From: Ylistrum balloti
Taxonomy: Eukaryota
DNA length: 33,000 bases
Direction: 5' to 3'
Assembly (NCBI RefSeq): GCF_031769215.1
Contig: NW_026782401.1
Coordinates: 1,457,001-1,490,000 of the forward strand
Shown here: positions 10,682 through 23,774 of the stretch, in pieces
Position numbering within the stretch: position 1 is the stretch's first letter
Layout of the letters: each line of letters opens with the position of its first letter
Program-made: the position numbers and the translations under genes
The notes under the pieces: model-generated
The model's input: only the letters and a program-made list of their open reading frames with translations
The model's database searches: none
What the model was told of the DNA's origin: nothing

Positions 10682-13600
10682 TCATATTTTTTACTGTATA
10701 TCTATATATGTGTCTGAAGAAAAATGGATTTCTGTTTAAATTATTTTTTCTACGTACGCAAATTTTGACCGTGACTTCCAGGATGCCTGCGGAATTAGGA
10801 ACGACAAAGCATAACTAATGCCAGTAAGATTTATTTATGTCAAAGCTTAAGTTATATATTTACTTGTATGTCGCTTAATTTTATTTCTAAACATTTACAT
10901 TTTCCAAGAAGAAATTGAGATATGTAGGTAGTTAATTTGGTAATTTGCTTACATGTGATATTCTTAAAGTAGTTTATCAATTATCTGATATAACAATAAT
11001 ACATTTCAAACCCTAATTTGCTAACTATTGAAAATAGCTCGGCAGTCTATGACAAACATATATTGGTCCACGCTATTATTGCCTTGCTGACATCTAAAAG
11101 CTACCTATTACTGGCAATTTGGCTAACAATAGTCCCTGAAAGAGGCTTGGCACCGCCTCTATATACCCGACCACAACAGATGAACGAATGGTAAAACATG
11201 ATTGATTCGGTAGGCGGAGATACTACCATAAGCGGACGTCAACTAACCAGTCATCTCTAACAAATGGTGTGTCGATTTCAGCGTATCGACCGCGCGTGGA
11301 GCCGCGTACAGGAAGGCAGCGTTAGTTCGTAGCCAGCGCTGAGCTTGGTGATATTTACTTGTGTATGTTATAGCTATTCTATCTCGTCCACTGAAAGGCC
11401 GTTATACAGGACGTAAAACCCGTTAATTAGATAAAATTATATTTTATTGGTCTATAAGGTAGTTTAATATTTGTATTATAAAGCTTATATCCTGATACAA
11501 AATCAGGGTTTTTATTGCAAAAGACTTAAAAGATTAATAATAAATTTTATTTTTTTTGGTCCGTAAAATACATTGCACAACCTGTTTATTTGATACAAGG
11601 AAAAAATAAATCTTTATTATTGTATATATTTTTACAAACAGGGGTTTGCTTGATGTAAATAAAACGTGTTTTAACATGGGATCCTCCTTTGAGGAAAACA
11701 CATAGGTTAATTATTCCTCAGCCAGACTTATGGTTATATTCACGTGTTATATCACTAAATTAAATTGGATGATTATGTTTCTCTCATTAAGATTATCATC
11801 ACAAACGTTTGATTTATTAGTTCCAATAAAAAAACATTTTCAACAATTGCATCACAAGTACTAATAGGATGTTCACAACAGAATATAAAAAGAGGAATGA
11901 GAAGATATATATCAGAAGTGAATTTTGTTATATTTGTTAAAAATCTATCAAATAAATGTCTATTTAAGCACAACACAGTCGATGCCTATCAAATGCTTTT
12001 AACACTGGTAATTCTAGAGTCTTGTTGCTACTTGGTTATTTATTTGACATTCACTGATTTTATCTGACATACAGTTTTTATTTTTATTTTCTTCAACGAC
12101 TCTTTCGAAATATCGGTGAAAGTCTTAATAACGTCAAAATTCGCTCAGCACAAATGATGACAGTATAGCAGAGTTTTTATATCTACATAGATAAATTGTA
12201 ACCATGAATTTAGATGAAAACATTACATTTAAGTATTTGATACACTGTGGAGCTATACAGAGTCATTTCCTACATTTGTTTACCAATGATAACAAAGTAA
12301 ACAAAGAAAGTGCTTGTATGCTTTTTTTCTATATAACTTGAATTTGACACCAGCACGTGCGATACGCCTTGTGATTAACAACCTTAACGCATATGTTACG
12401 TAACGAGAACAGACCGGGTCACCTCGTGCACAGTTCTGTTAGCACTACACAGACTGATCTATCACCTCGCAAACGTACTTCAGCAGCTGCAGCTCAGTAG
12501 GATGTAGCGGTTATCTCCCCTCGACTTCATATTTGTCTATGTCAGTTGGTGATTGTTTATGTACATAATGTTCACCATGTGTAAAACTTAGGAAAGTGAT
12601 ATATAAGATAATTTACATGTGTTTACTGTATGGAATATTTCGATGACATATCAGTATAATGAAGATCTCTTACCTATACAGTTAGACTATATTTACCTTA
12701 ACAGACAATATCATTTACACATCACAGTTTTACAACCTTTCAGGATGATAATTTGCCCCCAACGAATAATTTCGCTTTTATTAAAGTCAATATCAGGAAA
12801 AATAGGTAAAGATTTTATATACTTCTCTCAGAATATTCGATCGTTCTTATTTCCCATACGAATCCACTAATATTGTGTCACCAATCAGTTGTTTGATCTA
12901 ACTCTAAAGCTGAGCTTTTATTCAGGAAGTATGGACGATTTTCGTATATTAAATTGTTATCTTGGTCAAATTTTAAGGATACTGCAAGAGAAGCTGTCAT
13001 AATTTCAGTTGTAAAGTTTAAAAAAGGGAATTTAAATATTTTGATAAGACGAGATTGAAACGTCCCTCCTTTAAGATAAAATGTGCAATTTAAATGATTT
13101 GGAAATTTACACAGAATAAACACCTATATTTCCGATAACCGACTTAAAATATTTTTCTTCAAAGAGATAAAGCGTGTATGTGCGGGAACATTTTCCTATA
13201 AGAGTTTTCTCCCTTTAAACATACTCGCCACTGTGCAATTTCACTAAGGAAAATGATTCATTATGTGAACTTACTTTGTAGCCGGTTTGATAATGAAACA
13301 ACTGTTCAGAAAATCGAGATGGTAGTAGTGACGAAAAATTATCATCTATATTATCGGAAATACATGTATACACTTGCAATTTAACCGACAGAGAAAACAA
13401 ACTCCTTTATCCATATGCATAGCATTGATTACAAAATTCTACCAATAATCCTGTATGGTATGGTGATCCAGGTTTGTTTTACAAAAAGACCAGTTCTTCT
13501 CAATAGAACTCCAAAAATAATTGTGATAAGTCAGTTCTTAAGCAAGTTATACAACGCGGCCATCCATTGTCAGTTTTATCTTAAATTTTCTAATGCATGT

Positions 13601-14124
13601 ATGTATCAATAAAGATATTGTAAATGTAATATTTCAATAGTTTGAACAAGTCAATTTTATTGATGACTTACCTGGTGATATGAAGCTACTATGTTCTGTA
13701 TGATATTACCGATGATACATAGCAAAGTGAGCTATCCTAAACGGAATGCTCCTCGTTCTGAGGAAGCTGAAATCACCCACCGATTTGTTCTTGTGTCATT
13801 CAGCAGGACATTTCTTCCCAATCTCTCTGGATATCATGCAATAGATCTTCCACATGATATTCGGTTAGAAATAGCCATAACTTTTTGCGGGACGATACAG
13901 CCAGCAAATAATCGTACATCAAGCCACTAGCATTATTTTCAGCAGCGTAATCGTCTAGAGTAATCTTCCTAGTAATGTAATGTCGTAAGATTATTATGAC
14001 CAAATAAATGATCAGTTTCGGCAAGAATAACTTCTTTAACTAGTTACGAATATGACCTTAATATGACATCAATATGTCATGAGAAAGTATCGCCAATTGT
14101 TTTCAGGAGACAATACCATAAATT

Positions 14125-15260
14125 GAATGTATGGACACACGGTGTTATCAGTATTGATATACTGGCGGTATAGAATGTATGGACACACGGTGTGATCTGT
14201 ATTGATATACTGGCGGTATAGAATGTATGGACACACGGTGTGATCTGTATTGACATTTTGGCGGTATAGAATGTATGGACACACGGTGTGATCTGTATTG
14301 ACATACTGGCGATATAGAATGTATGGACACATGGTGTGATCTGTATTGACATACTGGTGGTATAGAATGTATGGACACACGGTGTGATCTGTATTAACAT
14401 ACTGGCGATACAGAATGTATGGACACACGGTGTGATCTGTATTGATATACTGGCGGACATACTGGCGGTATATATGGACACACGGTGTATCTGGACACAC
14501 GGTGTGATCTGTATTGACATACAGGCGGTATAGAATGTATGGACACACGGTGTGATCTGTATTGACATACAGGCGGTATAGAATGTATGGACACACGGTG
14601 TGATCTGTATTGACATACTGGCGGTATAGAATGTATGGACACACGGTGTAATCTGTATTGACATACTGGTGGTATAGAATGTATGGACACACGGTGTGAT
14701 CTGTATTGACATACTGGCGGTATAGAATGTATGGACACACGGTGTGATCTGTATTGACATACAGGCGGTATAGAATGTATGGACACACGGTGTGATCTGT
14801 ATTGACATTTTGGCGGTATAGAATGTATGGACACACGGTGTGATCTGTATTGACATACTGGCGATATAGAATGTATGGACACACGGTGTGATCTGTATTG
14901 ACATACTGGTGGTATAGAATGTATGGACACACGGTGTGATCTGTATTGACATACCTGGCGATACAGAATGTATGGACACACGGTGTGATCTGTATTGACA
15001 TACTGGCGGTATAGAATGTATGGACACGCGGTGTGATCTGTATTGACATACTCGCGGTATAGAATGTATGGACACACGGTGTGATCTGTATTGACATACA
15101 GGCGGTATAGAATGTATGGACACACGGTGTGATCTGTATTGACATACTCGCGGTATAGAATGTATGGACACACGGTGTGATCTGTATTGACATACAGGCG
15201 GTATAGAATGTATGGACACACGGTGTGATCTGTATTGACATACTGGCGGTATAGAATGTA
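14125..15260. repeat. 48-bp minisatellite, ~23-24 copies
   Basis: Consensus GAATGTATGGACACACGGTGTGATCTGTATTGACATACTGGCGGTATA. The 16-aa periodicity of the overlapping ORFs confirms the unit length. One rearranged unit lies near 14455-14500. Confidence 0.97.
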
Positions 15261-16305
15261 ATAAAATGTAGTTCGACGACGAAGTTCAAGCCATGTAGGA
15301 ATAATTTTCCAAACTGGTGGAACAGACAGTTTCAACAGAAGAAATATCTACAAAACGATTTTTAGGATTTAGTATTTTGGAATTTCTGCCAAAGTTTGAA
15401 TTCGACATCACTTCATACTTGGTTTTCAGTTGACAGAATGACCCAAATAGTTCCCATTCTCAAACCAGAAAATATTTTATTTTCAATGTTGCTTATCGTG
15501 TCATTTCGTCCATATGGAAACATTCAAACCTCTTTTGTACAATAACTATGATTCTGGAATAATTGTAGTTTCTGAGTCACACAAATATCTACCACGATCA
15601 ATTATTAATGAAAACAATAGTGTATAATACCGACTCGATAGTGTGAATACCTGTTATCGAGAACAGATGTGTTTCTCTTGTCATCTGTCGACACAGAACT
15701 GGGGGAGCAGACAAGTCGTTACATTGTGTACATACGTAGTGCAACAAACACTAGTTACTTTCTCTAAATTCCAAGAAACCAACATCGAGTTTTACTTGAC
15801 AGAATCCTGGCGGATTGTGTCGAGATAATATCTATGACGTAATGAACTTGGCGTTTTCCTTTCAGTGGGGAATTCCTTCAGAGTACCCGGATGATATATC
15901 CTCTGTCACGCTTTTAATTTATCTCAATGAAAGTTTCATTTGTGGCAGCGCTGCTAGAATGACGAGATTGGTTATCGGAAGATAATCGTCCAATACAGGT
16001 CTCTAACCTTTAATAATTCAGCAGCAGTGAATAAGGCATAGAATGGTGTATACGGTCTTAGGTAGGCGATAGGAATTAATCAAAGTCAGATCTTCAATCC
16101 AATTCAAAGCTTGTCTTCTATGGTTTATTTTAATATCTGGTTCATTATTTAGTTAATCGTCTCAAGCCGTAATGTTATAGGCGTTCACAAATCACTAAAA
16201 CCTCTCTCGTCAAATGTAAGATATACCGAAGGTATGTGTTTAAATGAGTTCAGATTTGTCACATTTTGTTTTGTTTTAGCCAAAACTTGATATGTATAAA
16301 CAAAA

Positions 16306-16420
16306 CAGACTTGTCAGATTTGTCTAATTCAGATTCTTTATTGCTCTCTGGTTACATAGATGTGTGTCACATGACGTCATTATTACAATATGCATGGCAG
16401 ACAGTGTAATATAATAGTTT
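16306..16420 (-). mobile_element. Possible 3' end of a non-LTR retroelement (AATAAA followed by a short tandem-repeat tail)
   Basis: The minus strand reads TGTAACCAGAGAGC AATAAA GAATCTG AATTAG ACAAATCTG ACAAGTCTG directly downstream of the 31-bp array. This resembles CR1/L2/RTE-type tails. No RT coding sequence recognised. Confidence 0.3.
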
Positions 16421-17335
16421 TACAATAGTACAAAATGTGTATACTAAGTATTACAATAGTACACAATGTATAGACTAAGTATCACAGTAGTACACAATGT
16501 ATAGACTAAGTATTATAATAGTACAAAATGTATAGACTAAGTATTACAATAGTATAAAATGTATAGACTAAGTATCACAGTAGTACACAATGTATAGACT
16601 AAGTATTACAATAGTATAAAATGTATAGACTAAGTATCACAGTAGTACACAATGTATAGACTAAGTATTACAACAGTACACAACGTATAGACTAAATATT
16701 ACAATAGTACACGATGTATAGACTAAGTATTACGGTAGTGCACAATGTATAGACTAAGTATTACAATAGTACATAATGTATAGACTAAGTATTACAATAG
16801 TATAAAATGTATAGACTAAGTATTACAATAGTATAAAATGTATAGACTAAGTATCACAGTAGTACACAATGTATAGACTAAGTATCACAGTGGTACACAA
16901 TGTATAGACTAAGTATTACAATAGTACATAATGTATAGACTAAGTATTACAATAGTACACGATGTATAGACTAAGTATTACGGTAGTGCACAATGTATAG
17001 ACTAAGTATTACAATAGTACATAATGTATAGACTAAGTATTACAATAGTATAAAATGTATAGACTAAGTATTACAATAGTATAAAATGTATAGACTAAGT
17101 ATTACAGTAGTACACAATGTATATAAGTATCACAGTGGTACACAATGTATAGACTAAGTATTACAATAGTACATAATGTATAGACTAAGTATTACAATAG
17201 TACATAATGTATACTAAGTACAATAGTATAAAATGTATAGACTAAGTATTACAATAGTACAACATATATAGACTAAGTATTACAATAGTACAACATATAT
17301 AGACTAAGTATTATAATAGTACAACATATATATAC
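16421..17335. repeat. 31-bp AT-rich minisatellite, ~29-30 copies
   Basis: Consensus TAGTACACAATGTATAGACTAAGTATTACAA with recurrent variant units and a few 2-4 bp deletions. Confidence 0.97.
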
Positions 17336-20300
17336 TTAATGAATTGTAGCATACAAATAAGTATAATCAATGAGATATAAATATATATTGATAATGAATG
17401 AAAAACACAACGATAATATTGTATGCATGTAACAAGTACAATATGAAATATAGACAATGTGAGTGAATAACAGAAGTTTTGGACTTTAAAAAGTACCTCA
17501 CCTCAGGTAATAAGGGTTGATTACTTATTTCAAACATCTCCCATTTTAGATGCACATAAAGTTATATAACAGAAATGTTGTTTGTATTTGTGTCAATTTA
17601 AGAACTTTCCAATGTTTTCAGTATTTAAGTTTTGATGTTTTGAAATATGAAACATTTTCTTTTTCATCCTTGATTAAAAAACTCCACAAAGACGCCACTG
17701 ATGAGGAGAATACTTGGAAAAGGTTTGTTTTTATTCAAACTATGTAAAGTATTTACTTTCCACAACGGTATTCATTTAATGCTAAAATAAGGACAGTTAA
17801 CGAACATTTACATTGCAATGATATCCATCGGTTTGTTCAAAACACCACAATTTTTCCACAGAAACAACGCTGTACAATTTGAACTGGAATATATAGAACT
17901 GGTCTCATAATTCCGTGTTTCAACAAACGGGAAAACCAAAATGAAAAAATATACACGAAGAACTGTTATCTCATTACTTTAAATTTGCTCGCGTGAAAGT
18001 GCGTCATGGAGGATCACAAAGTAAACGCGACAATCTCTGAAGACTTGTAAAGAGATTCACGGCACAGGGAGACGTCCAACACCCTGGCAACTGCTCCAAT
18101 CGACATGGGCGTCTTTTGGACAATTTATAATCTTAAACAGACACGTACATTTACATTGTATTATTTAAGTGTGTTTTCAGCAAATGATATTTGCACACGC
18201 TATATGACTGGGCTTGCTTTACTCTAATCCACTCGGGCTTTCCGTCCAACGGTTCCGTTTACTAGGCGATTCTACCACCTTCCGGTATGGCCATTTCCGT
18301 TCCATTAGCGGAAGGTGCAGATTCATGAAAAATGCATGATGGTCCGTGATTTGATAGATGAGCTATTTGGCTAAATTTGATCGTAGGTGATACGTTGAAA
18401 ATTGACTATATTGATCAGAGAGTTTTGTTAAGTGTTGACATGCTGGGTATTTGGAATGTTCTCGTTTTCATTTATCCGGTTTGAAATTCTAATTATCCGT
18501 AATTATTTACTATCAGTGTGTATGCTTTAGGGGTTTCCATATTTTAGCGATTTTCGTGCTCATACATAACGCTTTATTTGGAATACATATTTATTCAAAG
18601 TACCGTTGTTTAAGACTACGGTGAGGTAATACAAGTGTATGTTGCAGTATCAGATATTTTTTTCGCCATTTGAAATGTAATTTAGACTTTCAAAAATGTA
18701 CGTTTGTGAATTGAAATTTTAAAAATATAATCACCATTAAATTAATTCTGATTCAAGTTATTGACTGGGTCCAAAGATGAAGAAATAATTTGTACTGGTT
18801 TGGTAACATGACGTTTACACTACGGGATGTTTGTTTTGAATGCAGGGCTTCTTTTTTTTTAGACAATTTGACCCCTCTTCCCTTCTGTGCAAAGTCTCCA
18901 CAAATATAAGCATAGACAAGTTTGATATTTTAGTTTGTTTACATATCAGTCTGCCTATCAAAAGATATGTTGTTATTTTATTCATGTTTATTGGTACGAC
19001 CTGTAGTCATGGTGTCTACTCCATTTAGATATAGAGTTTAATTTTTAATAATATTTAAGATAAATTACTCAAATTGAAGTTAGCTTAATGTTACTTCCTC
19101 GAGATTTAGGTTATGTAGCTGTATATCAAACGTGGACGTTTGTGCACGTGAGTAAATTGATTGATTAGCATAATGTCTATATCGGCTATGTTCGTGTCTG
19201 CTCTGTCCCTTTATGCGTCTGTTACCATCGGTTTTAGCATATTGTGTATTTATCGGGTCTAAACACACAGCTGAATAGATTAATGAGTCCTCACAGTTCC
19301 CACTGTGGTTCGGAGCAGGCTGATAAAATATGGATATATCTAATATATTCTTTATACTTTACACGTACATGTAGATATGCTGCATTTCTACTGTAAAGTA
19401 ATGAATAATTACCGAATCGCCATGGGAACTGTTGATTTAAGGTAACAATATTTTGTAATTCAATATGAGTTCATTATACTTATATTGATTCACAGGATAC
19501 CTAGCAATGTATATAGTCTATATGAAACGTACATGCAAAATGTTTTTGATATATCCCAACGTTTACTATTTAAATGAAGATCAGTCACAGCTTGGAATAA
19601 ATCAGATGAAAAAAAACCTTAACGAGTCAGTTATTGAATATTCCCGTCATGTATCTGCGTCTTGAACGTTATTTAAAAGAACTTAAATGGTTTATAGAAA
19701 TACTCCGTTTTTATTAAAAGATATGCATTTCAAGTTTTTGCCAGTGTGATCAATCACTTCAGATGTTATATTTCATAGAGGTCAGAGAGTACACGACAGA
19801 TAGGTATGGAAACATTGCACCCCCTTGCCTAATGACCCGCTCTGACACTATATATTAACACTTCAAATTCTGTGGAATTTAAAACAGATATTTCACGTGT
19901 AAAATGACAGGTTTCATACCATTTGATAAAATGACCATTAATGTATGCCCTAATACAGATGTTACTATCTTCATAAAAGGAAATATTTAATTAAAAGTCA
20001 TTAACATTTTATAAAGGTAGCGACATACCTTTTTGATAAAAATAAATTCATTCTATAGTTGTCAGCTGATTATTGATAATCATAATATCAAACAATATAC
20101 CTTAAAGAAAATTTTGAAAATGAAACATTTCTGTAATATTTGTTTAAAAAGATAACAATTGAGCTCACGTGATCCCAGATGTTGCTAATTATATTTCCTC
20201 TAATGTTATAATTTGTTTCGAAGCAACGATATTATAAAACGATACATTTGGTGGATGTCAAGGTATTGACCTGGCACCATGTTATTTTAGATTTATATCT

Positions 20301-21028
20301 CTGTAACCCTAAATACATTAAAAGAAATATTATAAACTATGTCTTTAAAACTTGACAGTTAGATGTCATTAACAGGATAAACAATCATATCTTTTCAGGA
20401 AAAGTCTGACTATCGCATCAAAATGTTTAATTTGTTGTACTTTTTAAATTAAATGACCTAGGTACATCGCGCTAGCACTCAGTAATATAGCAGCGGATTT
20501 GTAGCTAATAAGTAAAAAAGGGTTACTGGTAAAGCGTGTTATAAGCAATGTCGTGGTTCTAAATAATATCTAAAATATGCAAAATATTCTTAATTCACAC
20601 TTACATGGTTCCATTGCATTCTAATTAATGTAGCGATATGAACATGTACATACATGTAAATATATGACAAAGGAAAATCACGTCAGTTTTATTTTCACAA
20701 GTGTGATGTTACTAGCTCATTAGGTATTGCAGACAAGAGAAACTAGAACCCCATTAAGTTTGAAACATGAAGCATGAAAAATTCTGGTCTTTACACTTAT
20801 ATTTTTGTATCGAATTCTCTCGCACGGTTTGGCGCCAAATATGATACTTTATTGTGGATACTCAAAGACGTTTTGTGTAAAGCTACTAACCATGATAAAC
20901 AGATGACCAACAGTCTAACTGGACAATATCATTCGCCATCACAAGTCATCAGTGTCGCCAAGGTGCCCGATAAGTTTAGTAGCGGTTTGGAGTAGCTTCA
21001 TTTTCATTTCTTTTCCTTTTATTTTCTT

Positions 21029-21380
21029 TCTATGCCCCCGGATCGAAATATCGTGGACATATTGTTTTGTGCTGTCTCTTTGTCTGTTGTCAACTTTAAC
21101 CTTGTCCGTAACTATTGCACCATAAGATATAGGGATTTCATATTTTGTATGTGTATTCTTTGTGACAAGACATTTCCGATGGTACCAAATGTTTTGACCA
21201 TGAGACCTTGACCGGGACCTTTGAAGTATATTTGAAAAAAGAATAACCTTGCCCATACCTATTGTACCGTAAGAGATAGAGCTTTCATATTTGGCTTGTG
21301 TGTTCTTGTGACAACACCTTTCTGGCGGTAACAAATTACCATATGGCCTTGACCGTGACCTTTGACCTACATTTGAAAGA
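21029..21380 (-). mobile_element. 5'-truncated pearl/HINE-like (Helentron-associated non-autonomous) element with ~141-bp internal repeats
   Basis: CCTTGACCG(T/G)GACCTTTGA...ATTTGAAA occurs at 21206 and 21347 (141 bp apart), with parallel repeated flanks. A decayed GACA-type microsatellite, CAAAACAATATG and an imperfect terminal hairpin (21032-21060) ending GGGGGCATA follow. This layout matches known bivalve pearl/HINE elements; the family is recalled, not database-checked. Confidence 0.65.
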
Positions 21381-23754
21381 AAGAACTAATTGTCACAATG
21401 AAGACATCAGTGTTTCACAAAGTTTGTATGCAATTAGCACATGCCTTAAATAGTAGAGTTCTAATGTCCCACTGCAGAAATTTGTTGCAATCAGGGGCAA
21501 AGCTTTCTCTAAAATCGATATCTTATTGTCTCCGCCATTTGATAAATAATAATACTGGGGATAATAGTGTTAATCCCACCAATATTTTACTGTGTAACTA
21601 TGTAACTCTATGTAAGTCATTGAATTTTGGTTTATAGGATTAATCACTACATTAACAGCAACAGATTTTAAGCATCAAAATGTAGTTTTAAATAACCAGG
21701 CAAGGTCGAATCGCCTACCGTATGAAAGTTGTTTCCCTATTTTTCCTGAAAAAAAAAATCAAATGGCTTTGTTTTCTTAGCTGCGAGGCAACTACAATAA
21801 TTAGATTTGAAGAAAACCATTGCACACTGTTCATGTAAGAGGAAATATTTGGCGAGGAAAACAATTTGATTCTACAAGATTCACATGTTAACACAATCGC
21901 AATTCAAACCCAAAAGAAGCGGGAATCAGTTACATAAAGACCCAGCAAGAAAACCAGAGTTTCCCAAAAATGGTAAAAGTCCTCTGTGTTATAGAATATA
22001 CCCACAATGTGAATTTAGGTTATTCAAAGTAATGTCATGTTGTCAAGAGAGACTCGGGAGATGACAGTGGAACTACTATCCATCCTAAAGAACATAGTTA
22101 CCCATACTGGTATATTACCACTTATTTGACAATGAGGTTATTTGCAAGAGTAGAAAATAATCTGTACTTATAAGCTGCTTCTCAATTTATCTTTCAATAT
22201 TCCTTACGCCAAGGTAACGCCTGTATACATCACTTCGTGTGATCAGCGATGTACTTTATAAATCTTTTTATGTGATTTTTTTTTTCATTTCTAGACTGTA
22301 ACCCTCTTACTTCCACAAGATTCTGAATTGTTGGATGTGTCCCCCTAATGACGGTTTCCGTAACAGATGTGGAAAGATGAGGGATAAACTTTCAACAACT
22401 GGTTTTAGAAGTACTTGTTGATAATTGGATTGTTTTGTCGTCGGAATCATGCTCTCCCTGGAGAGTATTCTATAGCGCAATACACAATGAAGTTAAACAA
22501 ATTCGATGCTGTTGTTTCCGTTGGTAGGGAAACTACATACGTGGAGGTACCCCGAATTGCTGAGCGGGTGTCGTCGAGGAAGCAGATTGTTCATAACCAT
22601 ACTTTACAGTCGTCCTTGTGATCTCATTGAGAAATAAACCATTGTGTTGTACGTTATGAAACTGACTGTGTTTGATGTTCCTTAGTTTGCCTGTTGGTTC
22701 CATTGTTGTATTCTTTGTTCAAGTGTGAAAACGTGACAATGCTTACTTGAATTAACGACGATTTTCATGGTGGATGTCTCCAATAAAGCAGAAGACGCTA
22801 CTACTGCGAAACACCTGCCTTTATTCTTGTACCTTTCCGAGTTCCTGTGTACATCTTACTTTTGCGCTAGTGTTATTGAATTTGAGTTTGAATTGTGATT
22901 ATTATGACATGTTGGTATTTTCTTGTTGTTTCAGGTGTCAATTTTATTCACATTCCTCGTGGTTTCATCATTTGTCGTTATCAACTTTATCTTTATTTCG
23001 TTTTTCATTGCCAGATTCCCCAGTGTTCGAATAATATATATACTTGTTTATACTTGTATAATTAGGTCGATCATTCAGCCAAAGATTAAATTCAGCCTAC
23101 ATATTTTCTTTCGTTTTTCTTTTCTTTTTATATTTACCTGAACTATGTGAACTATCAACGTTCAAAGGGTTTTGTACCCCGTAATATCATTCATGAACGT
23201 CAAGATAGTTTGATATACTTGAACAAGATGATCGTTTAGCTTGTTCATTTTCCCCCTATATTTATACTAGTTTCGTTTCCTCCTTTTATGATGATGTGAT
23301 ATCTGATTTTTCATCAAAAAATATTGACATGAGCAATATGGCAAACCCTTTCATGAAAAACGTTGGGTGTCGGAGTGACGGAGGTTTATAAAAGCCTAGT
23401 TAAGTGCTTAATAATAGACCGTAATGGGTCCTAAGAAGGAATGTTTACACTCAAAATCATGTTTCCATCTTCACAATAACCACAATGTTAGCCTGTGACG
23501 AGGCTATATTCTGTCTATTTCGACAATCAAGTCATAGTGAATTTAAAAAGCAACTTGGGACATTGATGTTTCTTCTATTTTCGACTTTTTTCATATATCG
23601 GGAATTTATCTTAAAATTCATCAAAATTGGACAATGGGTACGGTCTGTTACCTGTCAAACTTCTAATATCTCATATTTCAATTATAATTAATCACCTCCC
23701 GACAATTCTACTTCAGAATCCTGGAACCATATCTTCCATTCAGCCAGTCACTTA

Positions 23755-23774
23755 ATTTGCATATCCGCCATATT
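23755..23774. promoter_or_regulatory. Adjacent octamer (ATTTGCAT) and YY1-like (CCGCCATATT) motifs
   Basis: Exact octamer at 23755-23762 and a CGCCATNTT match within 23765-23774. Motif match only; no linked gene identified. Confidence 0.2.

Noticed and set aside
14069-15335. The 406-, 380-, 313- and 76-aa minus-strand ORFs as protein-coding genes
   Set aside because: They are translations of a 48-bp tandem repeat open in all three frames. They switch frame at repeat indels, and the 406-aa ORF starts at TTG, not ATG.
14125-17335. CRISPR array interpretation of either tandem array
   Set aside because: Units are head-to-tail with no unique spacers, there are no cas genes, and the context is eukaryotic.
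18217-18240. KPEWIRVK on the minus strand, like the bacterial LipA N-terminus
   Set aside because: Isolated 8-mer with no CX4CX5C or radical-SAM motif following, and stops nearby.
20939-21334. 131-aa ORF as a gene
   Set aside because: It lies within the pearl/HINE-like repeat, and its internal repetition mirrors the 141-bp DNA monomer.
21963-22055. PKNGKSPLCYRIYPQCEFRLFKVMSCCQERL resembling an early LINE RT motif (PKxGK..YRPISL..K..ERL)
   Set aside because: The YRPISL core is poorly matched, and no QxGF or YADD-type motif follows.
23721-23735. KIWFQ on the minus strand, like homeodomain helix 3
   Set aside because: It is not followed by NRR, the upstream helices are absent, and a stop lies five codons before it.
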